Of a stretch of 64,000 nucleotides of DNA, positions 1 to 9,806 are shown in pieces. Position 1 is the stretch's first letter; each line of letters begins with the position of its first letter. This DNA is from Patescibacteria group bacterium (GTDB lineage: Bacteria; Patescibacteriota; Minisyncoccia; Phycocordibacterales; UBA9973): positions 119,206 to 183,205 of the forward strand of contig JAGWUB010000001.1 in assembly GCA_028868715.1 (NCBI GenBank), read 5' to 3'. The position numbers and the translations under genes are program-made. Below the pieces are notes generated by a model. It had not been told where the DNA came from and ran no database searches. It worked only from the letters and a program-made list of their open reading frames with translations.

Positions 1-1
1 T

Positions 2-1366
2 GATTTATTGACCCGCGGAGTGGGAGAGTTTATTGACCCCGAAGGTATATTTCGCAAAAAGCTTGAAAATAATCCTGAAAAAATTGTAATCAAGTTTGGG
101 ATTGATCCAACCAGACCAGATATTCACATCGGACATGCAGTGGTGCTTCATAAATTGCGTAAGTTTCAAGACCTAGGTTGCAAGGTTATTTTTTTAGTTG
201 GTGATTATACTGGGATGATTGGTGACCCCACTGGAAAAAGTAAAATACGCCCTGAAATACAATTGGCTGAAATTCAAGCTAATATGAAAACTTACCTTGT
301 TCAAGTTGGTAAGATTTTAAACGAAAACGCCGAAGTGTTTTCCTGGATTAAAAACTCCGATTGGTTTACTGATGTTTCAGACGTTATTCCTGGGCCAGAC
401 TCTGTTACCAATATTGAAATAATGGAAGGGGATACAAAAAAAATTTACTCCATAGACCCCAACTCATTTCCAGGTAAAGCGATAATTCTTGAAAATTCCA
501 GAATGCAAAAGATAGATTTAAAAAATCCCCAAATTCATAGCGTTTCACTTTCTGGAGTTTTAAGAACTCTGCGTCAGATTACCCATTCTCGTCTTATTGC
601 TCGGGATATGTTCAAAGAGCGCTTAAAAAAAGGTGAAGAATTATATATGAATGAAATGCTTTATCCGGTGTTGCAAGGACTAGACTCGCATGTACTAGAG
701 AAAGTTTATGGTGCTTGTGATCTTGAAATTGGTGGCACCGACCAAACCTTTAATATGCTTATGGGACGAGATGTAATGAAAATGTATAAACAACCTGAAC
801 AGGCAGTCCTATCAATTAAACTACTAGAAGGAACTGACGGTAAAGAAAAAATGTCTAAAAGCTTAGATAATTATATTGGAATTACTGATGAGCCAAATGA
901 TATGTATGGCAAGGTGATGTCTATTCCAGATTCCTCTATCGAGAATTATTTTGAACTTTGTACTTTTACACCAATGGCGGAAGTTGAAGAAATTCGTAAA
1001 AAACTCAAGAAAGTATCAGTTAATCCAAAAGATTTAAAAATGAGCTTGGCTCGTCAAATTGTTTCTATCTATCACGGAGAACCAAAAGCGATAGAAGCTG
1101 AAAATAATTTTGTAAATACTTTTCAGAAAAAAGAAATTCCAGAATCTATACCTGAGATAAAAGGTAAAATTGGTGAAGTATTAAGTGAGGTTTTGGTGAA
1201 TAATAAAATTTTGCCATCAAAAAGTGAATGGCGCAGACTGGTGTCCACAAATTCCATTCACAACCTAGATGACAAAAAAATTATCACAGATGTGGATCTA
1301 AAAGTACAAGAGAACTTAACTCTTAAAATTGGTAAGAAAAAATTTATTAGAATTGTGATAAATTAA
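2..1366 (+). CDS. tyrS: Tyrosyl-tRNA synthetase, 5' end truncated by the window edge
   Basis: HIGH motif (PDIHIGH) and KMSKS motif present; N-terminus aligns to TyrRS a few residues in from the start, so the gene begins before position 1. Confidence 0.85.
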   Translation, partial: DLLTRGVGEFIDPEGIFRKKLENNPEKIVIKFGIDPTRPDIHIGHAVVLHKLRKFQDLGCKVIFLVGDYTGMIGDPTGKSKIRPEIQLAEIQANMKTYLVQVGKILNENAEVFSWIKNSDWFTDVSDVIPGPDSVTNIEIMEGDTKKIYSIDPNSFPGKAIILENSRMQKIDLKNPQIHSVSLSGVLRTLRQITHSRLIARDMFKERLKKGEELYMNEMLYPVLQGLDSHVLEKVYGACDLEIGGTDQTFNMLMGRDVMKMYKQPEQAVLSIKLLEGTDGKEKMSKSLDNYIGITDEPNDMYGKVMSIPDSSIENYFELCTFTPMAEVEEIRKKLKKVSVNPKDLKMSLARQIVSIYHGEPKAIEAENNFVNTFQKKEIPESIPEIKGKIGEVLSEVLVNNKILPSKSEWRRLVSTNSIHNLDDKKIITDVDLKVQENLTLKIGKKKFIRIVIN

Positions 1367-1395
1367 AAAACCCCGCTAAGCGGGGTTTTTATTTA
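1365..1395. terminator. Intrinsic terminator (CCCCGC-TAAG-GCGGGG plus T-run), bidirectional
   Basis: GC hairpin flanked by an A-run upstream and a T-run downstream; convergent tyrS and small minus-strand ORF end here. Confidence 0.7.
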
Positions 1396-1533
1396 TCCAT
1401 CTCTCTCTGGGTTTTCATCTTCTAAATCATAATCATCTGGAATACTTTCGATGCCATCTGAAAACTCATCGTCATCATCATCGTAACTATTCATTTTAAA
1501 ACCATCTGAAAACTCATCGTCATCGTAACTCAT
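1393..1533 (-). CDS. Small (46 aa) extremely acidic tandem-repeat peptide (MSYDDDEFSDG...SYDDDDDEFSDG...)
   Basis: Uninterrupted minus-strand ORF built on a 23-nt direct repeat; stop abuts the bidirectional terminator; no clear SD. Confidence 0.35.
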   Translation of the reverse strand: MSYDDDEFSDGFKMNSYDDDDDEFSDGIESIPDDYDLEDENPERDG

Positions 1534-1650
1534 AAAAAATCAAATAAAATAGTGTTTCTTTTATTAAGCGACCTTATAATGCCTCCTTTGTAACAAAATA
1601 CAAAACACTTGGCAATAGCAAAATGACCAAAATGTGGATAACTAGATCTG

Positions 1651-1679
1651 TATTGTTTCTTTGGTTTTTTTGTGTTATA
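1651..1679 (+). promoter_or_regulatory. Sigma70-like promoter TTGTTT-17-TATATA
   Basis: Hexamers with 17-nt spacing about 70 nt upstream of the 1748 ORF. Confidence 0.35.
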
Positions 1680-1747
1680 TAAAAAACAGAAAAGACAACA
1701 AAAGTAAGTTATGGTGGCTTACTGGGACGTGTTCTTTTAGGAGTAAT

Positions 1748-1918
1748 ATGGTTGAAATAGAACAAACAACGTCTTTAGGGAGCCTTGATCCTGATCGTCC
1801 TTTGCCGAAAGACGAGTTTCAGGACCCACCATTGGATCCTGAAAAAACAAACAAGACCTGGCAGTTTTGCCAGGAATACGTTACCTCTTATGAGGACGAC
1901 CCTCCAAAGGAGTGGTAA
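1748..1918 (+). CDS. Small (56 aa) acidic, DP-rich hypothetical protein; GC content well above the local average
   Basis: AGGAG 6 nt upstream of ATG; upstream promoter-like hexamers; downstream hairpin plus T-run. Confidence 0.45.
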   Translation: MVEIEQTTSLGSLDPDRPLPKDEFQDPPLDPEKTNKTWQFCQEYVTSYEDDPPKEW

Positions 1919-1943
1919 GCTTTATTATGGGGGAAAATTAAGT

Positions 1944-1980
1944 GCCGGGACCATATGGACCCGGCCATTTTTATTTTAAT
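1944..1980 (+). terminator. Hairpin (GCCGGG...CCCGGC) plus T-run
   Basis: Stem-loop followed by ATTTTTATTTT; overlaps the ruvC stop codon. Confidence 0.5.
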
Positions 1981-2458
1981 TATTTTTCATATAGGCAAAG
2001 GCAGTCAGTGCTATTGCTATTGCATCTAGCTCATCATCAGAGGTTTTATTTTTTTCTACCTCCACGAGCATCTGCACCATTTTCATTATTTGATTTTTAT
2101 CTGCTCGGCCATAGCCAGTGGTAGCCACTTTTATTTGTAAGGGAGTTGCTTCAAAGATTTTTAATTCTACTTGTACAGCTTCATATATCACAACTCCGCG
2201 GGCTTCAGCCACCCGCATGACAGTCTTTTGGTTGCTGGTTAAAAATAAAGTTTCAATGGACAAAACTTCTGGTTTAAATTTTTTTATTACCTTGCGCACC
2301 TCTTCGCCAAGCAAAAGTAGTCTTTCAGAAAAATCTAACTTTGCTGAAGTTTTAAAACATTCTGAAAAAATAACTTTTTCTCGCTTGTCACCTTTATTTT
2401 TTTCTAAAACTGCAACTCCCAACCTCTCATACCCTGGGTCTATTCCTAAAATTCTCAT
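1976..2458 (-). CDS. ruvC: Holliday junction resolvase RuvC
   Basis: MRILGIDPGY...GVAVLE N-terminus, RuvC catalytic acidic residues, 160 aa. Confidence 0.9.
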   Translation of the reverse strand: MRILGIDPGYERLGVAVLEKNKGDKREKVIFSECFKTSAKLDFSERLLLLGEEVRKVIKKFKPEVLSIETLFLTSNQKTVMRVAEARGVVIYEAVQVELKIFEATPLQIKVATTGYGRADKNQIMKMVQMLVEVEKNKTSDDELDAIAIALTAFAYMKNN

Positions 2459-2654
2459 AAATAGATTTTAACATTATTTGTTATGTGTGGATAATTTACT
2501 TGCATTATGTATAAATATATGGTTTCCTTAATAGGAAGGTAACAATCAAGCTGTTCTTTAAGGCTTGTGGAAGTGCCACAACCCAACAACCGTTCTACTT
2601 TTTCTTATGAAGAAGTTTAGATAGGTCAGGCAAGGACCCATAAAGCTTGCCTCG

Positions 2655-2700
2655 AAACTAAAAAAATAGACGCTTTTTAAAAACAGCGTCGGACTCTGTG
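2655..2700 (-). terminator. Minus-strand intrinsic terminator (GACGCT-loop-AGCGTC plus T7), likely the ruvB terminator
   Basis: On the minus strand a 6-bp GC stem is followed by TATTTTTTTAG, about 100 nt downstream of the ruvB stop. Confidence 0.5.
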
Positions 2701-2763
2701 TCACTCTTGTCGCGCCAGCTGCTACTTTGCACTCCGGCAGGAGAACAGATGTACCATACAATA

Positions 2764-2800
2764 AGCACTAGGACCTTTTTGGACACTAGTGCTTTTCTTT
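2764..2800 (+). terminator. Plus-strand hairpin (AAGCACTAG...CTAGTGCTT) plus T-run
   Basis: 9-bp stem followed by TTCTTTTTTAT on the plus strand only; the function is unclear because no plus-strand gene was identified upstream. Confidence 0.3.
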
Positions 2801-2801
2801 T

Positions 2802-3833
2802 TTATAACAACTTTTCCTGACCCCCTTTAATATCAAAACCAAGATGCTCGTATGCTTTATTGGTAGCCACGCGTCCACGAGCAGTGCGTTCCAGTAGTCC
2901 GAGTTGGATTAAGTATGGCTCAATCACTTCTTCTACGGTAGCTTCTTCTTCGCTCATTGCGGCGGCAATAGTTTTTATTCCCACTGGTCCACCACCAAAT
3001 TTATCTATTAGTATTTCCAGAAATTTTCTATCTGACGTATTTAAACCGATGTCATCAATCGCCAACATATTCAGCGCATCTTTTACCATTTTTTTATCTA
3101 ATTTTCCCCCTCCACCATTTTGGCTTACTTGCGCAAAATCACGAACTCTTTTCAAAAAGTAATTTGCCGTACGTGGAGTAAATCGGCTGCGCTTGGCAAT
3201 TTCTTTTAAAGCCTCTTCCTCTAATTCTATTTCTAGCAATTTACTTGATCTATCTACTATTTTCCCAATTTCTTCATTGGAATAAAATTCCAATCTAAAA
3301 ACTCCACCGGAAAACCTAGAGCGAAGAGGGGAGGAAACGAGCGCCACCCGAGTGGTCGCTGCTATTAAAGTAAACGGTGGTAGATCCAATTGAATTGTGC
3401 GGGCTGAGGGACCCTTACCAATGATGATATCTAGGACACCAGACTCCATAGCAGGGTAGAGGATTTCTTCTACCATTTTATTCAATCTATGGATTTCATC
3501 TATAAATAGAATGTCCCCAGAGGTTAAGTTGGTCAAAATAGAGGCTAAATCACCGACTTTCTCTATGGCTGGTCCGGAAGTAATTTTCATTTGTCTACCA
3601 GTTTCATGGGCTATTAGGTGAGCAAGGGTAGTTTTCCCAAGTCCTGGCGGACCATAAAAAAGGATGTGTTCTGGAATATGCCCACGGCCGCTCGCAGCAT
3701 CAAGCAGTATTTTAACGTTGTCTTTTATGTGTTTTTGGCCGATGTATTCATTCCAGCGGGTAGGGCGGAGGGTTTGATCTAGGAAAGAATCATCAGTCTT
3801 TTCACCATTCTTTTTTGATTTAGTACTTGACAT
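2802..3833 (-). CDS. ruvB: Holliday junction branch-migration ATPase RuvB
   Basis: AAA+ Walker A GPPGLGKTTLA, Walker B ILFIDEIHRL, RuvB C-terminal winged helix. Confidence 0.95.
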   Translation of the reverse strand: MSSTKSKKNGEKTDDSFLDQTLRPTRWNEYIGQKHIKDNVKILLDAASGRGHIPEHILFYGPPGLGKTTLAHLIAHETGRQMKITSGPAIEKVGDLASILTNLTSGDILFIDEIHRLNKMVEEILYPAMESGVLDIIIGKGPSARTIQLDLPPFTLIAATTRVALVSSPLRSRFSGGVFRLEFYSNEEIGKIVDRSSKLLEIELEEEALKEIAKRSRFTPRTANYFLKRVRDFAQVSQNGGGGKLDKKMVKDALNMLAIDDIGLNTSDRKFLEILIDKFGGGPVGIKTIAAAMSEEEATVEEVIEPYLIQLGLLERTARGRVATNKAYEHLGFDIKGGQEKLL

Positions 3834-4138
3834 TGGTTTTATAATATGCTATATTGTAGGAGTAATACATTTATCAACACAGTATACACATAGCTATACA
3901 CATTATAGCATTTACGTATATTTCTATGTAGTACAATGTATTTAGACAGTAATCCGCTAGAGGCGGATATGTTTTTTAAAAAAGAAGACATTAATCTCTA
4001 AGCAATCAGCCACCGGTTATATGATTTTGCGTAGGACGTTTTGGTAAATTTATTTACTGGTGCTATCCTATAATAATTTATTACTTTTGGAGTTCAGCTC
4101 TAAAAGGATTGTTTAGAGATTAATGTTTTTTTTATTTT

Positions 4139-5836
4139 CTACTCTTCATTGAGATCTACCACACTGCGCACTTCTGCAATTGAAGTAATACCATTTAAGA
4201 TTTTTACGATGCCATCCTGACGCATGGTCAGTGTGCCTTGATTGCGAGCTACAACTTTTATTTCACGCTCGCTTGGATTCTCTGGTATTATTTTTTCTAT
4301 GGCTTCATCAGTGATAATAGCTTCAAAAATTCCTATTCGCCCATTAAAACCGGTCATGTTACATTTTTCACAACCAACGGCAGTAAAAATTTTAAAAGGT
4401 GCTTCAGGGTTTATATTGTAATTACTCAAACTTTTACCTTCTGCTTTTATACTTTCCATAACTAATTTTACAGTTTTATTTTCTTCGTCAGTTAAAGCTT
4501 GTTCCTTTTTACAGAAAGTACAAAGTTTACGCACTAACCGCTGGGCGATAGATAGCGACAATGCTGAAACTAAAATCTTTGGATTAACCCCAAGGTCAAT
4601 CAAACGAGGAATCACTCCAGCAGCATTGTTGGTGTGGAGGGTAGAGAAGACCATGTGTCCTGTCAAAGCTGACTGAACTGCAATCTCAGCAGTTTCTCTG
4701 TCACGTATTTCCCCAACCATTATTACATCAGGATCTTGTCGCAAGGCCGAGCGTAGTCCTTCAGCAAAGTTATAACCCTTCTTTTCGTTTGTTTGGGTTT
4801 GAGTTATTCCAGGGAGATGATATTCTACTGGATCTTCAATGGTTATTATATTTATTTCTTTAGAATATATTTTTCTTAAAAAGGCATATAGGGTAGTTGT
4901 TTTTCCAGATCCAGTCGGACCAGTGACTAGAATCAAGCCATTTGGTTTTACGATTTCTTTTTCAATAATACTAAAAAGATAAGGTTCAATTCCGATCTCT
5001 TCAAGATTCACTTGGATGGACTTCGGATCTAGTATACGCATGACAATAGCTTCACCATATGACCCAGGAATAAGTGAACAACGGATGCTTATTTCTTCGT
5101 CACCTTCCATAATATTGAAACGTCCATCTTGGGCAATCTTTGAGGTTAGTTTCATTTGAGACAATAGTTTTATGCGGGAGTTTAAAAGATGATACACATC
5201 TAAGTCAAAGAAATTTATATCTTGCAATACACCATCCAAGCGGAGTCGGAGTCTGCTGCGTTCTTTTTCTGGTTCAATATGTATATCCGAAGCTTTGACA
5301 GCGATACCGCCGGCTAGAATTATTTCTAGCAGACGAGAAATTTTATGAATTTTATTTCCCTCCAAAGCTTCCACGATTAATTTTTCAATATCTTGGATGT
5401 GATGGATACTTTTTGCAGTTTCTCTTAAAACCTCCCCAGAAATATCTAAACCACCAACCATAGAGCTTTCCGCCATCGAAATTTCTTTATATCTTTCCCA
5501 GACTTTGTTTAGGCTTGCCTGACTCGCCATATAAAAAGTGGGAATAAGATTTTGGCGTTGCATTAGATCTTTTAATTTTCCAATGAGATCATCATTAGGA
5601 GAGCGCATGGCGATAAAGATATTTTTTCCAAAAAGTTTAAATGGCGCGACTTTCATCTCCAGCGCATCTTTTTCTGAAATAGCCCGGAGGGCTTCGTTGT
5701 CTACACCAATGCGATATAGATCAATATAAGGCATGTGGTATTTTGATTCTGCGAGGACTGCCACCAGTTGCTCTTCTTCTTGTTTGTGTAACTCGTCCAG
5801 ATGTTTGTCTTCTGTTGTATCATCAAAATCTTTCAT
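4139..5836 (-). CDS. pilB: Type IV pilus assembly ATPase (PilB/GspE family)
   Basis: GSPII_E N-terminal domain, Walker A GPTGSGKTTT, His/Asp boxes, C-terminal CxxC...CxxC tetracysteine. Confidence 0.9.
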   Translation of the reverse strand: MKDFDDTTEDKHLDELHKQEEEQLVAVLAESKYHMPYIDLYRIGVDNEALRAISEKDALEMKVAPFKLFGKNIFIAMRSPNDDLIGKLKDLMQRQNLIPTFYMASQASLNKVWERYKEISMAESSMVGGLDISGEVLRETAKSIHHIQDIEKLIVEALEGNKIHKISRLLEIILAGGIAVKASDIHIEPEKERSRLRLRLDGVLQDINFFDLDVYHLLNSRIKLLSQMKLTSKIAQDGRFNIMEGDEEISIRCSLIPGSYGEAIVMRILDPKSIQVNLEEIGIEPYLFSIIEKEIVKPNGLILVTGPTGSGKTTTLYAFLRKIYSKEINIITIEDPVEYHLPGITQTQTNEKKGYNFAEGLRSALRQDPDVIMVGEIRDRETAEIAVQSALTGHMVFSTLHTNNAAGVIPRLIDLGVNPKILVSALSLSIAQRLVRKLCTFCKKEQALTDEENKTVKLVMESIKAEGKSLSNYNINPEAPFKIFTAVGCEKCNMTGFNGRIGIFEAIITDEAIEKIIPENPSEREIKVVARNQGTLTMRQDGIVKILNGITSIAEVRSVVDLNEE

Positions 5837-5914
5837 TATACGTAAAGTATACCCTGACGCCCACTTTCTTCAAAGTAAGTGTGTGGGTATAGCTTAAATG
5901 GTATACTTTTTACA

Positions 5915-8344
5915 ATGCCAGGTAATAATAAAACAAAAATCAAGACTCTAGTATTACTGGATGCTCATGCCATAATACACCGCGCTTACCATGCTCTCCC
6001 AGAGTTTTTGTCTTCTGATGGCGTTCCGACCGGAGCATTGTATGGACTCGCCACTATGTTGATGAAGATTATCACTGACTTAAAACCAGATTACATCGTG
6101 GCTTGTTATGATTTACCGCAAAAAACCTTTCGCCATGAAGCGTATGATGCTTATAAAGCTGGAAGAAAAAAAACTGATGACGCCCTAGTCACTCAATTAA
6201 TCAACTCTCGTAGCATATTTGAAGCCTTTAATATTCCCATATATGACAGCCCAGGATTTGAAGCCGATGACGTGCTAGGGACAATTGTAGAAAACCACAA
6301 AAATGATAAAGGGATTAAGATAATAATTGCCTCTGGGGATATGGATACGATGCAGTTGGTAGATGATAAAAAAGTACAAGTTTACACTCTCAAGAAAGGT
6401 ATCAACGACACTATTTTATACGATGAAGATAAAGTCGTGGAGAGATTTCACTTTAAGCCTAAACTTTTGCCAGACTACAAAGGTTTGCGTGGTGACCCAT
6501 CAGACAATATTATTGGTATTAAAGGAATTGGAGAAAAAACGGCTGAAAGCTTGATTCTTAATTTTGGGACTATTGAAGAAATTTATAAGAAAATCAAACA
6601 GGATGAAGGTGCTTTTAAAAAGGCGGGCCTCAGTCCAAGAATGATAGAGTTAATAAAAAATAATGAAGAAGAAGCCTTATTTTCAAAAACTTTAGCAACT
6701 ATTCGCACTGACGCGCCAATAAATTTTACTTTACCTAAAAAAACTTTTTGGGAAAGCGCTGATTTAAAGAAGGTTGAGCAAGTTTTTATGCAGTATGAAT
6801 TTCGAAGTTTATTTGCGAGACTTAAAACTTTTTTTGGAAATAATTCAGCCGAACAGGGTTCAGTAGAATTTTCTCAGGTCCTCGGAGATGGGGCCCCAAC
6901 CCCAACCAGACCATTCCAAAATTCTCCGAACCCTGTTCGGCTGAAAGAAGCTAGTATTGCCCTCTGGCTGATAAATTCTGAAATAGCCAACCCAAAACTA
7001 GAAGATGTGTTGCACTTTGCAAGAACGGAGGATTTTGAAGTCGCTTACGAATATATTTTTAAAAAACTTAAGGAAAAGAAATTGGAAAAGGTTTATGAAG
7101 AAATCGAGCAACCCATAATGTCTATTGTGAAAGAGATGGAAGACCATGGAATTTTAATTGATAAAAAATATTTTACCCAGTTGTCGAACGAATATCACAA
7201 AGAGTTGGATAAATTGACGATCAAGATATATAAAATGGCTGGAACTGAGTTTAACATAAATTCTCCCAAACAATTAGGAGAAGTACTTTTTGATAAATTA
7301 GGGATAACGCCACCTGGGAAAAAAACAGCAAAAAAAAGCGCCAATGGATCTTTCAGTACTAAAATTTCTGTGTTAGAAGAATTAGAACAAGAGAATGAAA
7401 TTATCAAAGAGATAATGGCTTATCGAGAACTTCAAAAATTACTTTCCACCTACATAGATGTGATACCCAAAATGGTTGATGCCAATGATCGACTACACGC
7501 AAAATTTTTACAAAATGGATCTTCAACAGGCAGATTTTCCTCACAGGATCCAAACCTTCAAAATTTGCCGATTAAAACGGAATTGGGTAAAAGAATCAGG
7601 GGAGGGTTTATAGCAGAGAAGGGTTATAAAATTACCGCATTTGACTATAGTCAGATTGAGTTGCGGGTGGTAGCCATGTTGTCAGGAGATAAAAAAATGA
7701 CACAAGTTTTTCGTGAAAAAAAAGATATTCATGCCGGAGTGGCTGCACTTGTTTTTAGTGTACCGATAGATAAAGTCGATAGCGAGATGCGCCGTAAGGC
7801 CAAGGTGATAAATTTCGGTATTATTTATGGTATGGGAGTTACGGCTCTGCGTAAAAATCTAGGAGGCACTAGAGAAGAGGCACAAAAATTCTATGATAAT
7901 TATTTCAATCAATTTTCTGGAGTACGAGATTATTTGGCTGGAGTAAAGAAGTTTGCAGTGGAGCATACCTATACGGAAACATTGTTCGGCCGGAAAAGAA
8001 GTTTCCCAAATATAAATTCCAGAATTCCTTTTTTAAAAAATATGGCCGAACGCACAGCCATCAATGCTCCGGTTCAGGGAACGGCAGCAGATATAATAAA
8101 ACTAGCCATTAGATACACCGACGAAGCTCTTAAAAAAGCAGGTTTACTAAAACAGGTACACTTGATGCTACAAATACATGACGAGCTAGTATACGAGATA
8201 GATGAAAGTGTGCTCACCAAAGCAAGTAAAATAATAAAAGATGCTATGGAAGGTGTACTAATGGAGTCATATTTGCATTATAAAACTGATATACCCCTAG
8301 AAGTTCACTATAATTCTGGTAATAATTTTGGGGAAGTAAAATAA
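5915..8344 (+). CDS. polA: DNA polymerase I
   Basis: 5'-3' exonuclease N-terminus; polymerase motifs DYSQIELR, KxxxFGxxYG and QVHDE; start chosen at ATG 5915 by alignment to PolI N-termini, though the ORF is open from GTG 5879. Confidence 0.9.
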   Translation: MPGNNKTKIKTLVLLDAHAIIHRAYHALPEFLSSDGVPTGALYGLATMLMKIITDLKPDYIVACYDLPQKTFRHEAYDAYKAGRKKTDDALVTQLINSRSIFEAFNIPIYDSPGFEADDVLGTIVENHKNDKGIKIIIASGDMDTMQLVDDKKVQVYTLKKGINDTILYDEDKVVERFHFKPKLLPDYKGLRGDPSDNIIGIKGIGEKTAESLILNFGTIEEIYKKIKQDEGAFKKAGLSPRMIELIKNNEEEALFSKTLATIRTDAPINFTLPKKTFWESADLKKVEQVFMQYEFRSLFARLKTFFGNNSAEQGSVEFSQVLGDGAPTPTRPFQNSPNPVRLKEASIALWLINSEIANPKLEDVLHFARTEDFEVAYEYIFKKLKEKKLEKVYEEIEQPIMSIVKEMEDHGILIDKKYFTQLSNEYHKELDKLTIKIYKMAGTEFNINSPKQLGEVLFDKLGITPPGKKTAKKSANGSFSTKISVLEELEQENEIIKEIMAYRELQKLLSTYIDVIPKMVDANDRLHAKFLQNGSSTGRFSSQDPNLQNLPIKTELGKRIRGGFIAEKGYKITAFDYSQIELRVVAMLSGDKKMTQVFREKKDIHAGVAALVFSVPIDKVDSEMRRKAKVINFGIIYGMGVTALRKNLGGTREEAQKFYDNYFNQFSGVRDYLAGVKKFAVEHTYTETLFGRKRSFPNINSRIPFLKNMAERTAINAPVQGTAADIIKLAIRYTDEALKKAGLLKQVHLMLQIHDELVYEIDESVLTKASKIIKDAMEGVLMESYLHYKTDIPLEVHYNSGNNFGEVK

Positions 8345-8393
8345 TTTACCTACCTACCTGCCAGTCGGCAGATTTTGTGGTATAATCCATAAA

Positions 8394-8864
8394 ATGGAAA
8401 CTGAAACTAAAAAGACCCACAAAGCCACAGTACACAGGGTTTTAGCCCACACCTATACAGTGTATTTGGTGTTGTTTTTGGTTGGAGTTTGTCTTGATTT
8501 TATCTTTAAAATTAAAATTTTAGAAGACTCTATCGTGGTACCAGTCGGTTTCTTTTTTCTGGTATTAGCTTCTGTGCTTATCATTTGGGCGCAAAAGACT
8601 GGACGGGACTTGAGAAAAGTTTCTGAAGTAAAAACTGAACATTTTTGCAAGGGTCCATATTGCTATACTCGTATACCTACCCAGTGGGGCCTATTCTTTT
8701 TAATGTTGGGGTTTGGTATTATCACTAATGCTTTTTTTGTAATTTTATCTACAATTGTTTCATTTTTTATTTCAAAATTCTTTTTCCAAAATAAGCATGA
8801 CAAACTTTTGGTTGAAAAATACGGTGATGCTTACGTAGAATACAAAAAATTAGTTAGGTTTTAA
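8394..8864 (+). CDS. Membrane methyltransferase of the isoprenylcysteine carboxyl/phospholipid methyltransferase family
   Basis: Four TM segments; GPYxYTRIP...EKYG C-terminal signature resembling the ICMT/PEMT family. Confidence 0.5.
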   Translation: METETKKTHKATVHRVLAHTYTVYLVLFLVGVCLDFIFKIKILEDSIVVPVGFFFLVLASVLIIWAQKTGRDLRKVSEVKTEHFCKGPYCYTRIPTQWGLFFLMLGFGIITNAFFVILSTIVSFFISKFFFQNKHDKLLVEKYGDAYVEYKKLVRF

Positions 8865-8867
8865 ATT

Positions 8868-9515
8868 ATGATATACCTTTTTACAGGGGATGATACTAAA
8901 AAAAAGCTTCCGGCCTATGAAAAATTTATAAAATCCATCCCAGCAGGGACGGAGAAATTTTTCATAAACAGGAATGATCTCAATCCTACGCAGATAGAAA
9001 GTTTTTACTCTGGGAGAGGACTATTCTTTAATAAATGCGCAATTGTATTTTCGGATATTTTAGAACGAGAAGAAGGACGGGAATTTATTTTAAAGAGATT
9101 AAAATTTATGAGCGATTCGGACAACTCTTTTATTTTTTTAGAAAGAAAATTAAACAAGCCGGTGGTAGATGCTTTTAAAAAGCACAAGAGTGAGCTTAAT
9201 ATATTTGAGCTAGCTAAAGAAAAAAAAGAGAAATTTAACAACTTTTTACTGGCTGATGCTTTTGAACAAAAAGATAAGTTGAATCTTTGGATTTATTATC
9301 GACAGGCCGTAGATAAAGGGGTGGGCTTAGAGGAACTCGTCGGGGTACTTTTCTGGAAAGCGAAAGACATGTTCTTGAAACGCAGATTTGGTAAGTTTAA
9401 AGAAGAGCAAGTAAAGAGTTTTGCTGAAAAACTCCCATATCTTTTATCAGAAGCTCGAAAGGCTGGCCGTGATGCCGAAATAGTTTTTGAGCAGTTTTTA
9501 CTAAGCGCTTTTTAA
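8868..9515 (+). CDS. holA: DNA polymerase III delta subunit-like
   Basis: MIYLFTGDD N-terminus typical of HolA; size; located next to polA. Confidence 0.5.
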   Translation: MIYLFTGDDTKKKLPAYEKFIKSIPAGTEKFFINRNDLNPTQIESFYSGRGLFFNKCAIVFSDILEREEGREFILKRLKFMSDSDNSFIFLERKLNKPVVDAFKKHKSELNIFELAKEKKEKFNNFLLADAFEQKDKLNLWIYYRQAVDKGVGLEELVGVLFWKAKDMFLKRRFGKFKEEQVKSFAEKLPYLLSEARKAGRDAEIVFEQFLLSAF

Positions 9516-9559
9516 TTATCTTGATTTTTAGCCTTATTTCCTATATATTTTGTATTCAA

Positions 9560-9635
9560 GCGCCCGTAGCTCAGTCGGTAGAGCAGCTCCCTTTTAAGGA
9601 GATGGTCGTAGGTTCGATTCCTACCGGGCGCACCA
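9560..9635 (+). tRNA. tRNA-Lys (anticodon TTT), CCA encoded
   Basis: Manual cloverleaf: acceptor GCGCCCG/CGGGCGC, T-loop GGTTCGATTCC, anticodon loop CTTTTAA. Confidence 0.9.
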
Positions 9636-9806
9636 ACACAAACCTCGTAAAGAATGTGTTAACATGTAAAGTATGCATAGGATTAATTTAACTTTAGTAT
9701 TTTTTCTTATCTTTACTATCATAAGTTCTGCGTTGGCTTATAAAATTGTAATGAGTGCTTATGATACCTATGATATTAGCTATAGTGAAGTTCAAGTAAC
9801 ACATAA

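Noticed and set aside
2558-2761. 67-aa minus-strand ORF from the ORF track
   Set aside because: No RBS, it spans a strong minus-strand terminator internally, and it lies in the ruvB 3'UTR. Likely spurious.
2530-2800. RNase P RNA, SRP RNA or tmRNA in the ruvB-ruvC spacer
   Set aside because: None of the hallmark conserved motifs are present: no AGGAAAGUCCGG or ACAGAACCCGGCUUA, no SRP helix-8 GGAAGGAAGCAGC, no tmRNA tRNA-like 3' end. Only a generic structured-RNA possibility remains.
2749-2820. 23-aa plus-strand ORF with a good AGGAGA RBS overlapping the ruvB stop
   Set aside because: Very short, low-complexity, overlaps a convergent gene end and a hairpin. Probably a chance RBS-like purine run.
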